From assembly GCF_963921235.1 (NCBI RefSeq), contig NC_086100.1:166346001-166410000 (forward strand): 64,000 bases of DNA. Direction: 5' to 3'. Source of the DNA: Mobula hypostoma (lineage: Eukaryota). Positions 37,120 to 50,431 of the stretch are shown here, one piece after another. How positions within the stretch are numbered: position 1 is the stretch's first letter; the number at the start of each line of letters is the position of its first letter. The notes under the pieces are model-generated. The model worked only from the letters and a program-made list of their open reading frames with translations. It did not search any database and was not told where the DNA came from. Both the position numbers and the translations under genes were made by a program.

Positions 37120-37921
37120 GTCAAGATGGCGCTAAACAGCAACTCCTTTGCTTGCATCTTCGGGAACAACTCTATTTCCATCTTTAATATCTCCATTTTT
37201 CCATTTTAGGGTTCTACTGAAGACCCTGACCTGGAGTTACACGCTGACTTTGGTTCTTTGCGGGAATTGTACCCGCTCTTGGGGTGTCACGACTGGCCGT
37301 TATCCGACATGCCAAGAGTGTGGCCTAAAAGTTCGGCTCGCCTTTGGAGGCCAAGGACCTCGGAGCTCTAGAGACAGGCGGGTCGAAGGTCGGTGTGCCG
37401 GACCGGTGTGTCATGAGAGCTGGAAGATTTTTGGCTGCGTACCTAGAGACTTGAGATATTTGGGTACAGAGCTCGGAAAAGCGACACAACGGACTTTTAA
37501 CATCATAAATCAGTGAGTTGTTTGTTATGTCTCCCCTCTCGGTGTGAAACAAAGACATCTGTTTCTCCCTTTTTAGGGAGAGAGAGAACCTGTAGTATGT
37601 CGAATACTAGGTGAACACGTAGTCTTTGGAGTACTGCAAGTCAGTGTCTTTTCTGGTGATTTTGCTGCACACTCGAGTGCTCAGTGGCAGGTGCCAATGG
37701 TTTTTTTGCTGGTGGGGGGAGGGGGGATTGTTGCTTGCTCCTGCTTACACTTGAGAGGGAGGGGAGCTGGGGGGGGGGCGAATTTGGGGCTCTAACATAT
37801 ATCTGTCATTCATTCTTTGGGGCACTCCTCTGTTTTCCTGGATGGTTGCAACGATAAGGCATTTCAGGATGTATATTGTATACATTTCTCTGACACTAAC
37901 TTGGACCTTTCAACCTTTGAA
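37120..37921 (+). mobile_element. 802-bp non-coding non-LTR element with a YY1-motif head and an (acctttga)n-like tail
   Basis: Starts gtCAAGATGGCG; ends accttt caacctttga; TSD AGCTTA (37114-19 and 37922-27). Confidence 0.7.
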
Positions 37922-37929
37922 AGCTTAAC

Positions 37930-38150
37930 AGGCCCTTCCAGCCCAATGAGCCTGCGCCGCCTAATTACGTCCACGCAACCAATTAAACCACTAACCTGTA
38001 GGTCTTTGGAATGTGAGAAGAAACCACTACACTTGGAGGACACCCCCCAGTCTCAGGAAGAACGTACATACTCATTACAGGCAGCGGCAGAATTGAACCC
38101 AGTTCACTAACATGTAATAACGTTATGCTAACCGCTACACTATCACGCTG
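37930..38150 (-). mobile_element. V-SINE-like element (another minus-strand copy at ~36130-36320)
   Basis: Reverse-complemented B box (gaattgaaccc) and V-core. Confidence 0.7.
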
Positions 38151-38554
38151 CTCGTTAGTTTAGTAAGCTCGGCAAAATGCTGTAGGCTAAAGGGCCTGAT
38201 CCTTTGCAGTACTTCCCCATCTTCTAATTTCATCACAGAGCGCTGGTGCAAACCTCTGGGCACCTTTAGAGGAGCAGTACCTCCCTAACTCCCAGGTGGA
38301 ATAACTAAGAAGTGATTCTGATCCAGGCTGCACTTATTGATTAAAATTATTGTTTAGAAGCACAAGAGTTAAGCCAAGATACATTGCGAGCTGTCGTATA
38401 GCGGCTGTTTTCCCAATGCTGACTGACCTGACAGATGGGGTACTGGATCCTCCTACCCATTTACACTCTGCCCCATTCGGGAGACTGTGGGACGACTGAC
38501 GGTATCCCAGAATGCCGCAGGAGACAATGAAATAACAATGACCACTGCTTAAAC

Positions 38555-38830
38555 TTGAATATGAAAAGAGGCCCTTTCGCCCAACCAGTCCATACTGACC
38601 AAGATGCCCTTCTAAGCTAGCCCCATTTGCATACACTTGGCCCATATCCTTCTAAGCCTTTCCTTTCCATGTCCCTGTGCGAGTACCCTTGCAACGTTGT
38701 TAACATTGTTGCCTCAAACTCTTCCTTGGGCAGCTCATTCCCTATACTGACCACCCTGTGTCCCTCAGGTCTGCATTAAATCTCTCCCATCTCACCTCAA
38801 ACCTAAGCCTATGCCCCTGGGAAAATTTCC
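38555..38830 (-). mobile_element. CR1 3' end
   Basis: ggccctttcgcccaacc...ggcagctcattcc. Confidence 0.72.
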
Positions 38831-39544
38831 TTGGTCCCAAAGCAAAAATAGAACCAGATAAACAGTTTTTTCCAAACGTGAATCAACAATAAGCTTTGAA
38901 CCACAGGCAGACTAAGTGGATCTCTTGACTTCATCTGAATAGCGAGATTCAAACTCTCCACAAATGGAACCTCATCAGATTTTTGGACCACGAATGGTTG
39001 TCAGCTCAGTTGAAACCAAGGCATCACTGTTCACCTCACAGACTCTTCCTCAGAGAGCAACATGGACAGACTGAGGCCACTCTCTCTGATTGCTAGCACC
39101 AAAAGCTTTACAACGAGGAAGACCAACTGAGTCTTCATTTGCTCCCCCAGCCACTGAGCAGATATGGATTCTTGAAGAGACACTGATGAAGATACCCCAC
39201 AGATCACACACAACCCAATCTCCGGTGAGGGAGTGGGGCCACAGGGGACGAGGAATGGTGTGGGAGCTACAGCAAGAGGAAGAGGTGACAATGAGAGGAA
39301 AGGGTCATAATCTGAGAGGTTCAGCATAAAAACAGACCCTTCAGCTCAAAGACTCCATAAATCATGCATGTACACTAAGCCTATATCAGTCCCTCTTTTT
39401 TGTTTATTCTCCCTGTACGGTTAAAACTGTCGCTAAATACTGCGGAAGCTGCACTGAACTTGGATGTAACCTTTGTTAGAGTACACCTGGGCTACTACAC
39501 AGTTAAGACACATAAAAGGAGACACAAAAGCAGAGTGCTAGGGA

Positions 39545-39860
39545 TCAACAGTGACACGGTTAGTAGAGCTGTCTCCACACAGCTCTGGAGATCCGGGTTT
39601 AATCCTGCCCTCCTTTGCCTTCTGAGTGGAGTGTGCACATTCAACACGTGACCATGTGGGTTTCCTCACAGTACGCTGGTTTTCTCTCACATTCCATAAA
39701 TGTGCAGGTTGGTAGATTAATTGGCCATTGTAAATTGTCCAAAGTTTTTAGAATCTGGGGAGAGCTCAGGAGAATGAAAAAATGTTGGATAACTGCTAAT
39801 GGTCAGTATGGACTTTGTGGGCCAAAAGGTCTGTTTCCATGTTACTTCTCAATAACTCTG
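39545..39860 (+). mobile_element. V-SINE
   Basis: ggtttaatcc B box; V-core; CR1-derived tail. Confidence 0.72.
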
Positions 39861-41359
39861 AAACTATCTATAAAATCTATAAAGCCTAGAAAGGGAAAAT
39901 GTTTCAGCTCTGTGTGACGAGCAGGATTTGGGACTATAAGTGTAAGACTGCCATTAATAAATCCGAAAGGAAAGAGAGGGTTTTCTGGAGAAAGTTCTTC
40001 ATTCTGACAGTGGTGTGGATTTGGAAGAGATGAGAGCTACATGTAATGGGACGTTGGGCCAGCGTTGGTCTGACTAGTACATTTTCAGACTGTGAATGTT
40101 GTGATTTTCTCCTCAAACCGTTGCTGAACCAGAATTGGCAACAAGACTTGCCTTTTGGCCTAAGTGGTACTGGCAGTAGCCTTGGAAATGAGCTGCATCT
40201 CCAGCCAATTCACTGCCTAATAAGCTGAGATTCTAGTACAATGCCATCCTTCCACACAAACAATTTAGAACTGCGCTCAAAATAAAATTCCACACGTACT
40301 CTGAAAATGTGGAGAGGTTGGAAGTGAGAGTGGGTGCTGATGAGGAACAACACACACAGGTCTTAATCTGCCCACACAGAATATTTTCTTTCTGAAGCTG
40401 CAGCACTCCAATCTCTCTCCCTGCTTCCTCCACTTCAAACATTACTAATATAAAAAGCCTACCATTACTAATTTTGTTTTAAAAAGGCTATGTGGGTTGG
40501 GCCACGAGCTTTCACTTTTCACCTTTCAGTGCTGGAAACCCAACCCAAACCAGATCAATGAAACATGATGAGACTTGCCTGCTAATTCCACTGAGGATTG
40601 GTGCCAAACCACAAAGTTCTCTGAATCATGAAACTGTTCACTTCCTGGCATCACCATGAAAGGCTCTCAACGTGGGAAAATAACACAATGTCAGACTAAA
40701 AACAGTAGTTTGCACCATGTCGGAAAGCATCTCAAAGCATCACAAGTTCCGTCGAATACATTGAACCAAACAAGATCTGACAAAAAGCTAAGACAATTAA
40801 TTAGCATCAGGCCTTGACAATGTAAATGAGCTGGAGAGGTTTGGGGGGGTGGGGTAGGGGGGATCTCCAGAGCTGGGGGCTAGGTAGCTGAAGGCACAGT
40901 TGCTCACAATGGAGCCAAGGAAATCAAGGTTAGGGGACAGACTTCCTGGTGTCACCCCAGACTCTGAGGGCCTGGGATCATCCATCTCCTTGTGTTCGTC
41001 ACCTAACTCAGCTGCCTGGGCCACCACTTGTGGAATTCCTTCCACAAACATGCCCTCCTCAGTCTTCCTTTAAATTACTTCAAAATTTTCTTTGTCCTAC
41101 CCTTGGGTTACCAAATCTTCTTAGAAAGGATGCATTAGGATTGTGCAGAGTAAACTTATTCCCCAAGCAGTTTTCCTGTAACCTATTCTCCCCACATTCC
41201 TACCAACTCCTCCGGCATTCTACCACTCATCCAATTTAGAGCAGCCAATTAACCTACCAACTTGCATGCCTTTGGGATGCTGTGTGAAGCTGGAGCACAC
41301 AGGGGAGACCCACAAAGCTGCAGGAAGATGTCACACTCGGATTCGAGACAGAACCTGTA

Positions 41360-41880
41360 AATTGCCTACTGTGTCCAGTGCTCCCAACGTGACCTCCTCC
41401 ACGTTGATGAGACCCATTGTAAATTGGGGGGGGGGGCCGCTTTGTCAAGCACTTCCGCTCCATCCACCAAAAGCGGAACTTCCCAGTGGTCAAATATTTT
41501 AATTCTTATTCCTATTCCCATTCCTGTTCCAACAGGTAGGTCCATGGCCTCCTTATGCCACGATGAGGTCACCTTCAGGGTGGAGGAGCAACACTTTCTA
41601 TTCCCCACGCTGTCCTCTTACGTCTTGTCACTTGTCTATCACCTCCCCTGGTCCCCTCCTCCTTCCCTTTCTCCTATGGTCCACTCTCTCCTCTCCTATC
41701 AGATCCCTTCCCCTACAGCCCTTCTAGCTATCCCCTTTCCCCTCCTGCTACCTTTTTATTCTGGCATCTTCCCCCTTCCTTTCCAGACCTGAAGAAGGAC
41801 CCCTGCCCGGAACATCACTTCCGTAGATGCTGATGGACCTGCTGGGCTGCTCCGGCATTTTGTTTATGTTATCCTGTACA
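41360..41880 (+). mobile_element. Penelope-like element: GIY-YIG remnant, 3' UTR and decayed hammerhead
   Basis: YCVQCSQRDLLHVDET..FPVVKYFN..VEEQHFLF; CTGAAGA...GGAAC at ~41789-41813. Confidence 0.8.
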
Positions 41881-42074
41881 TTTGCATCTCTTTCAACTGA
41901 ACCACTGTGACACTCACTGTGCAGCATAATTCTTAACAACAGAAAACATTGGAAACACTGAAGATTGGGCAGCAACCGTTGAGATAGGAACGGATTTAAC
42001 ATTGCTGATCGATGACTTTGCACTGGAGCTAGAAAAGAAAACAAGCAGAGGGGTACTGAGATCAGAGTAAATAT

Positions 42075-42490
42075 CTCTTATAACTTTCTATAGATGTATG
42101 GTGGAGAGTATTCTGACAAGTGGCTGGTATGGAGGCAAATGCAGAGGGTTGTAGGCTCAGTGAGTTCCTTCATGGGTACAACCCTCCCCACCATCCAAGA
42201 CACCTTCAAGGAAAGGTTTCTCAAGAAGGCGACATCCATTACCTAGGATCCTCACTATCCGGGACATGCCCCCTTCCGATACTACCATTGGGCAGGAGAC
42301 ACACGGGCTTAAGACCCACACTCAATGGTTCAGAGACAGGTTCTTCCCCTCTACCACCAGATTTCTCAATGGTTCATGAACTCATGAATACCATCTCAAT
42401 CATTCTTTTCTTTTGAACTATTTATTTTTGAAATTTACAGCACTTTTATGTCTTTGCACTGCACTGCTGCTGCGAAATAATTTAACGTGA
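42075..42490 (+). mobile_element. Rex/Babar-type 3' fragment
   Basis: VESILTS..WYG and LPLGRRHTGL motifs. Confidence 0.7.
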
Positions 42491-42494
42491 TTGA

Positions 42495-44480
42495 AGTCAG
42501 TGACCCTCCAAGAGGACCACAAGCTTGTCTTAGTTTGGAGGGTAATGTGCCTCAATGACCCAGAGAGCAATGTGCTTTGGCTCTTGGTAGGGTCATCCAT
42601 GCCAAACAGGTCAAAGGGGAGATACCAGACTAAGAGTGGTCCACTGGTCCACCAGGTTCAGGAGTTCAGCTCAGGGCTAAGACCCTGACAACATCAATTT
42701 ACACTTCACTAGGGTCATGGACACTCGTGGATGTAGAATGATGAATAACAATGGTGAAAGACTGGTGGAATTCTGTGCCATGAACTATCTAGTGCTTATC
42801 CAATGGATGAGACAAGAACCAGATTGACCATTTGGTGATCAATGGTACGTGGAGAAGATCCTTCTCCTTTTTCTTCTCCACATAGGAAGTGAAAGAAAGG
42901 GGTTAAGAGAGGAATGGATACTGGAAGTTATGATCACGTTGTAGCAGTGACGAAACTCAAGCTGAGAATCTCTGGTACCAGAATGCAAGCATAAAGTCGT
43001 TTTGATGTTGAGAAGCTCAAGGACACCTGCGGATCTGCCTTCACCATTCAGCTCAAGAACAGATTTCAAGACTTGCAAGACCTTAATGAGAATGCGTCAG
43101 TGTACAAGATCAACACAATGTGGAAACAGACTGCCTCAGTCTTCAAGGAGAGCAGCAAACCTTGTCTAGGATACAGAGCTGGAAGGAAGAACAAAGAATG
43201 GATACAGCAGGAAACATGGACAGCCCTAGAAGAAAGACAAAAAATTAAGAAGGAAGTGCTGGATGCAAAGTCAACATGACTTAAGGTGAATGTTGTATCA
43301 ACAGGCATACATTGAAGCCAACAAGAAAGTCTTGCAAGAAAGGAAAAGAGTGTCTACATGGAGGACCTTGCAGAGGAAGCTGAATCAGCAGTCATTCGAG
43401 GTGACCAGGGAAATGTACACAAAATTTCAAAATTGGCATGCGAAAAACTCCAGGCCAGATCCAGTATCCAGTGAGAGATAAGAATGGTCAGCGTTTGACA
43501 GCTGAGAAACAGCATGTTGGAAAGAGTAATTTGCAGAATTTCTGAATAGACCACCACCAGATGAGATAGCAGAACACCTCGACATCAACACAGATCCACT
43601 CAAGAAAGAAGAGATTGTTGCTGCAATGAAATCACTAAAGAATACAAAGCTCCAGACATGACAATTTGAACGGTGAACTGTTCAAAACTGAACCGAAAGT
43701 TGCAGCAGACATCCCACAACTATTGTTTACTATAATCTGGGAAAAGAGACAAGGACCCAAAGACCAGATGTAGGGAGTCATCGTTCGAATACCCAGAAAA
43801 GGAGCACTAAGTGATTGTAACAATTGGCATGGCATCACACTTCTGTCAGTACCCAGCAAGATTCTCGCCAAAGTCATTGTCCAATGGATTACAGATGCTG
43901 TCAATGTGTGCTTGAGGAAGGAGCAAGATAGCTTCAGGAAGAACAGAGGCTGTGCCAACCAGATCTCATGCTGAGTAACATCACAGAGCACTGCACAGAG
44001 TGACAGAGCCAACTGCATGTAAATTTTGTGGACTTTTAACGGCTTTTGATAGGCTCTCCACAGGCAGAGCATCAGGTGAGTTCTCAGGTCATACTGGATC
44101 CCTTACAAAATTGCCCAGCTCATCCAGAGTTTCCATGCTAACTTCACCTGCACAGTTAGGGGCAGCAATTGTGTGATATGGCTGATATAGTTTAACCTGT
44201 TGCTTGACTGAGTCATGAGGCAAACAGCGAAAGCAGAGAGTCATTAAGTGGAGTATTTCCTGCTTTAGGAGACCTTGACTTTATGGATGACCTCACAGCA
44301 CTATCATGTACACACCAGCACATGCAAGAAAAAAATTCAGCACCTGCGTACCTTCGATGAACAGGCTGGACTCAAGAATCAGCCAGAGAAAGACTGAGAC
44401 CATGACCCTCAATACAGCGTCAAGGCATACAGAGTCGACTTACCAAGAGCTGGCAGATTCAGGCTCATTATCAGCCTGAA
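42495..44480 (+). mobile_element. RTE-clade LINE retaining its 5' leader, with APE and RT (internal deletions, frameshifts)
   Basis: NNNGERLVEFCAMN, RNQIDHLVING, KNKEWIQQETW, IPRKGALSDCNNWHGITLLSVPSK and DLDFMDDL motifs. Confidence 0.88.
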
Positions 44481-44529
44481 GTTCCATATCACTACTACTC
44501 CGCTTCAGTCATGTGTTTTTTTCCTTTAG

Positions 44530-45210
44530 TAGAATAAGGCCATTCAGCCCATTGACCCATCTCCATCATTTGATCATGGCTGACCCATTTCCTTCTTAAC
44601 ATTCTCCGGCTTTCTCCCCGCTGTATTCTTTCACACCCTATCAAGAACCTATCAACCTCCTCCTTAAATACACCCAATGACCTGGCCTCCACAGCCACCT
44701 GTGGCAATGAATTGCCCAGATACACCATCCTCTGGCTAAAGAAATTCCTCATTTCCATTCTAAATGGATGTCCCTGTATTCTGAGGTTGTACCTTCTGGT
44801 CTTAGAATCCCTCGCTATAGGAACCATCTCCCCCCGAATCCTACCTAACTAGGCCTTTCAACATTCGATAGGTTTCAATGAGAACCCCCCCCTCATTCTT
44901 CTAAATTCCAGCGAACACAGGCCCAGAACCATTGATCACTATTCATATGTTAGCCTTTTATTCCCGGAATCATTTTCGTCAACCTTCTTTGGAAAGTCAG
45001 CACATTCTTCTCAAATAAGGGGCCCAAAACTGTTCACAATACTCCAAGTGAGGCCTCACCAGTGCTTTAGAAAGCCTCAGCATTACTTACATCCAGTCCT
45101 CTCAAAATGAATGCTCATATTGCATTTGCTTTCCACACTACTGATCTAACCTGCAAGTTAACCTTTAGAGAATCCTGCACAAGGACTCCCAAGTCCCTTT
45201 GCATCTAGAT
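44530..45210 (-). mobile_element. CR1 3' portion
   Basis: RMEMRNFFSQRMV..LPQVAVEARSLGVFK; LVRPHLEYCEQFWAP. Confidence 0.87.
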
Positions 45211-46439
45211 TTGATTCTTGAATGAATCAGCAAAACTTTAATTACTACCCCAATACAGCAAAATTATGACCATTGTGTACTAGAACAAACTTTGCATTTT
45301 TGCCCTAATTGTGTTCTTTCTTGTATAATTGATTTTAATTAATGATTTTCTTGTGAATTTGTCTCTAACGCACCGTCGGAGATAGCACTGCAAGCAAGTT
45401 TTTCATTACATCTTTGCAAACCTATACTCATGCATATGACCATAAGCTTGACTTTGACTTTGGCAGCAACACCTGTCATCATTTGCTTACATTATAGGTG
45501 CTTTGTAAATCAGAATGACTGCTGCTCAAACCTTCAGCGCATCTTGGCTTTCATCCCACAACTGTTTTTCGTCACTGGATGTTCTGCACAGCATGAACTG
45601 ACAAATCTCTGAGCCAGATGTTAATGCACAAAACACAGAATCCTGTGACCCTGCCACAGAGACGGCTCTATCAGAGCTGGAGGACACAGATTCCGCTCTT
45701 TCAGACATCTGTGTTTTGTCCTTCAAGGGCAGTCACAGCAGAATTTCGGTTAGCTGGGAAATTGGAACCAATCGACAGAATGTAAGGGCTCCTCTGATGG
45801 ATCTTCCCCCACAGACAGTTTGCAGGTTATGCTCGGTTCCAGTCTCGAGAACCATCAGGAAGATGAAAATGAACAGAAACAGCATGCGGGAGAGGATCAT
45901 AGAAACAGCTGTGGCTGGAGAGCAAGCAGATGTAGAAAGAATGGCTGCCAGCCAATCTCTCTGACTCGATGACCAAGCAAGTCTGCTCAAAGCTCTCAGC
46001 TCTGCTCTGCTCCACCCAGCCCCCAGTAATTGCCACTTGGGGGTGAGGGGTGAGGTTGAGCAAGAAGGCACAAGGAAATGCCCCGTTTCCACCCAGAAGA
46101 TACCTCCAAGCCCTGCAGCATCCATAAATCCATCCCGTCATCTCACAAACATTCCTTCATATGTACACGGTGCTCATAGGTCAAGCATTCAGCATTTGTG
46201 GAGGTCTGTATGAACCCTAGGCTCCCGCCCAATCCCCACTTGAGTTTCTGTAGTTCTCACGACAAGCTTCACCAGGAGTCTAGGAGTCAGCAACAGCTTT
46301 AACTTTTTAAAAAATTTAACCCAATATTTCCTCCTTAAACTGGACAAATACATTAAAAGTACGTACTGTCTGAGTATGTGAGATCTCACTCAACAGGCTT
46401 GAAGGTTGTCGGGCTGGGACGGTTCTTCATGCATTAAAT

Positions 46440-46682
46440 TACTGGACTAAAAATACAGGCTGCCATAGTTAATGATCAACTAGAATTCAAATGCCTCCAC
46501 AGCAGTGGGGAAAATTTAAATTCAGTGAATCTGGAAATAGCAGGGGTGGTTGTGATATTGACAGACATGGCTTCAGACTCAAAGAATGTGTCCCATCAGT
46601 GTCTGAGGTGGAGCCAGTCTCACAATTCAAGGGAAACCATAAATGGGCAATAAATTTGCGGGTCCATATCCTGACAATAAAG
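46440..46682 (+). mobile_element. Degenerate SacSINE1/DeuSINE-like SINE
   Basis: ttcaaat..cagcagtggggaaaatttaaattcagtgaatctggaa head; atgggcaataaat tail. Confidence 0.45.
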
Positions 46683-47444
46683 ATCTTGCTAAATATTGCA
46701 GCTGAGTCATAGAGAACAAGAACAGGCTCTTTGGTCGTTAAACTGTGCACACATCGCGGAGCAAATGCTGAACAAAACACTGGATTCAGGAAGTAAGACT
46801 ACATCTTGATGGACTCTCCTGTGATCGCCATCTCTGGAAAATCAAAATGAACAGCCAATCAACAGGAACACCGTATGCTCTGTCCAGGATGCAGCCTGAT
46901 ACTGACGATTTGTGATTTCAAACCATCTACACTTTACTGCATAATCTTCTAACTACATTGGATAAACAGGATTCCAGCCATCTTAATGCAATCAAATTTC
47001 TCTACATCACAAAAGTTCACATTGACAAGAAAGCTTTAAGTGCCAGCACTTCAGGCTCTTAAGTTTGAAGATTTCCTGGTGTCTGTTGAGTATTATAGAC
47101 TTCTCTCTCATATTTCCTCTACAGCCTCTTGAGATGGTGAAAGAATACGCGCTATTCAAATCACCACTCAACATCAGGCAGCTTACTCTCAAAATGCAAC
47201 TGCTGAAAGCGTCGATGCAAGATACAAGATGGAAGGAATGGGTCACCGGGTCAAAGTAAGAACAGAAAATATTGCGAAGAACTCAGCCGTTCAGGGCAGC
47301 ATCTGTGAAAAGAGAAACAGGAAGTAAAGTTCCCAATTGTGCTTTGCTTGGAGCTGGGAAAGAGAGTTGGGTTCAAGTTGCAGAGAGGGCGTGGAACAGA
47401 TATCAGAATCAGAATTAGGTTCGTTCTGGCACATTTCCCAGCAT

Positions 47445-47950
47445 ATAGAACATAGGGCATAGAAAACCTACAGCATAATACAGGCCCCTCAGCCCACAGA
47501 TGCCAAGCATGCCGAACATGTCCTTACCTCAGAAGTTACCTAGGCTTACCCATAAGCCCTATATTTTTCTAAGCTCCATGTACTTATCCAGAAGTCTCTT
47601 AAAAAACCCCATCATATCCACCTCCACCACTGCCGTCAGCAGCCCATTCCACGCACTCACCACTCACTGCGTTAAAAACTTACCCCTGCCATCTCCTCTG
47701 TACCTACTTCCAAGCACCTTAAAACTGTGCCCTCTTGTGCTAGCCATTTCAGCCCTGGGCAAAGGCCTCTGACTATCCACACGATCAATGCCTCTCATCA
47801 TCTAGTACATCTCTATTGGGTCACTTCTCATCCTCCGTCACTCCAAGGAGAAAAAGCCGAGTTCACTCAACTTATTCTCATAAGGCATGCTCCCCAATCC
47901 AGGCAACATCCTTGTAAATCTCCTCTGCACCCTTTCTATGGTTTCCACAT
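47445..47950 (-). mobile_element. CR1 3' end (young subfamily)
   Basis: (catagaa)n tail; closely similar to the copies at 15400-15570, 25360-25500 and 56845-57110. Confidence 0.85.
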
Positions 47951-47954
47951 CCTA

Positions 47955-48380
47955 TATCATCGGGAGACGCTACTCCTGATCCACAGATACTGTAGTCCCC
48001 TGCTGAGGAAGTCAAGGATCCAGATGCAGAAGGAGATACAGACCTAGGATTTGGAGCTTGAACTAAGGATACGACTGTATTGAACTTACCCCTGAGCTGC
48101 AGTCAATGAACAGCAGGCTGGCGTAGGTAATGCTATTGTGCAGGTGATCCAGGGCCGAGTGGAGAGCCAGTGAGATTGTATTTGCTGTAGACCTATTGTG
48201 GCGGTATGCAAATTACACAATCTTGCTTAGGCGGGAGTTGATTCTAGCCATGACCAACTTCTCAAAACATTTCATCACAGTAGATGTGAGTGCCTCTGGA
48301 CAATAATCATTGAGGCAGCTCACCCTGCTCTTCATGGGCTCTGGTATGATTGTCACCCTTTTGAAGCAGGTGGGAATTAC
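47955..48380 (-). mobile_element. Rex/Babar RT fragment
   Basis: [19 protein letters not shown] and QFAYRHNRST motifs on the minus strand. Confidence 0.75.
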
Positions 48381-49169
48381 AGCCAGGTGATTGGACTTTC
48401 CAGAATGTGGGCACTGGATGGCATGGTGGTGTCCTTGATGGTTGTGTAACAGTGGTCAAGTGTGTTGGTTCCTCTGGTTCCATTGGTGATGGTTGTTCAG
48501 AGACTTCTTCAGACTGGCTTGGTGAAATCTCCCACAATGATAGGGAAAACATCAGGGTATGTTGTTTCATGCCTGCTCATTACCTTGATCAGCTCCCCCA
48601 GAGCCTGCCTGACATTGGCCTGAGGTGGAATGTACACCACTACGTACCAGGATGATGGCAGAAAACTCCGTCAGCAGATAATATAACAGATATTGGATCA
48701 CTCTAGAGCTTTACACAATAGCCAAGTGAAATATAATTAATTCTTTAAAAAAATGTAAACTCCCTGCCGTTAAAAACAACTCATTGTACTTGGTGTGGAA
48801 GTTTGCAACTTGGAGATCGTGAACACAAAACAATGAACTTGCTGTGCCTTCTAACTTGGGATCATTTCCACTTTGGTCTTCAACCTCCCTGTTCTTTCAT
48901 CCAAACCACTAATAGGTTTTTTGGGAAAAGAGTGTGCCTACTACCACTCTCATTGAATGCCATGTTCACCAACATGTCCACTGTCTCACATTCACATTCC
49001 ACCAATCACTGCAGTTTCCTTTCTCACCACACCCCTCTTTCTACTGGCCATCTCACCTCTCCACTCTCAATCCTGGTGCTGGATTTCAAACCAAAATGCC
49101 AACAAATCCTTTCCTCCCACAGATGCAATTTGATCCAGTAAGTTTCTCCAGCTCTTTGTTTGTAGCTCC

Positions 49170-50431
49170 AAAATGCTCCGAGAGGCTGATCAAGGACTAC
49201 ATCTGCAGCTTGCTACCACCCACACTGGACTCCCTACAATTCGCCTACCGACACAACCGATCGACAGGTGGCACAATAGCCACAGCTCTACACACCGTCC
49301 TTATACATCTGGAGAAGAGGGATGCTTATGTGAGAATGCTGTTCTTGGACTACAGTTCAGCATTCAACACCATAATTCCCTCCAGGCTCGACAAGAAGCT
49401 CAAGACCTCGGCCTTCACCCTGCCTTGTGCTGCTGGATCCTGGACTTCCTGTCAAATCACTGGCAGGTGGTAAGAGTGGGCTCCCTCACCTCTGCCCCTC
49501 AACACAGGTGCCCCTCAGGGCTGTGTCCTAAGCCCCCTCCTTTACTCTCTGTACACCCATGACTGTGTCGCCACACACAGCTCCAATCTGCTAAATAAAT
49601 TTGCTGACAATACTACACTGATTGGCCTAATCTCAAATAATAACGAGGTAGCCTACAGAGAAGAAGTCATCACCCTGACACAGTGATGTCAAGAAAACAA
49701 CCTCTCCCTCAATGTCACAAAAATAAAGGAGCTGATTGTGGACTACAGGAGGAATGAAGACGGGCTAACCCCTATTGACATCAATAAATCTGGGATTGAG
49801 AGGGTGAACAGCTTTAAATTCCTTGGCATACGCATCACCGGGGATCTCACGTGGTCTGTACATACCGGCTGTGCGGTGAGAAAAGCACGTCAGCATCTCT
49901 TTCACCTCAGAAGGTTGAAGAAGTTCGGTATGAGTCCCCAAATCCTAAGGACTTTCTACAGGGGCACAATTGAGAGCATCCTGACTGGCTGCATCACTGC
50001 CTGGTATGGGAACTGTACTTCCCTCAATCGCAGGACTCTGCAGAGAGTGGTGCGGACAGTCCAGCGCATCTGTACATGTGAACTTCCCACTATTGAGGAC
50101 ATTTACTGAGACAGGTGCGTAAAAAGGGCCAAAGGATCATTGGAGACCTGAGTCATCCCAACCACAAACTGTTCCAGCTGCTACCATCTGGGAAACGATA
50201 CCGCAGCATAAAAACCAGTTCCAACAGGCTCCAGGACAGTTTCTTCCACCAGGCCATCAGACTGATTAATTCACGCTGATGCAATTGTATTTCTATGTTA
50301 TATTGACTGTTCTGTTGTACACACTATTTATTACAAATTACTATAAATTGCACATTGCACATTTAGATGGAGATGTAAAGTACTTTACTCGTGCATGTGA
50401 AGGATGTAAGAAATAAAGTCAATTCAATTCC
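49170..50431 (+). mobile_element. Rex1/Babar LINE, 5'-truncated, inserted in a PLE 3' fragment
   Basis: [34 protein letters not shown] and LRRLKKFGMSP motifs; (caatt)n tail. Confidence 0.93.

Noticed and set aside
46093-46125. MDAAGLGGIFW on the minus strand as a possible tetraspanin exon 1 (ends in IFW, phase 0)
   Set aside because: Lacks the conserved CCxKYFxFGFN motif and the donor (GTGGAA) is poor; the true exon 1 probably lies beyond 64000
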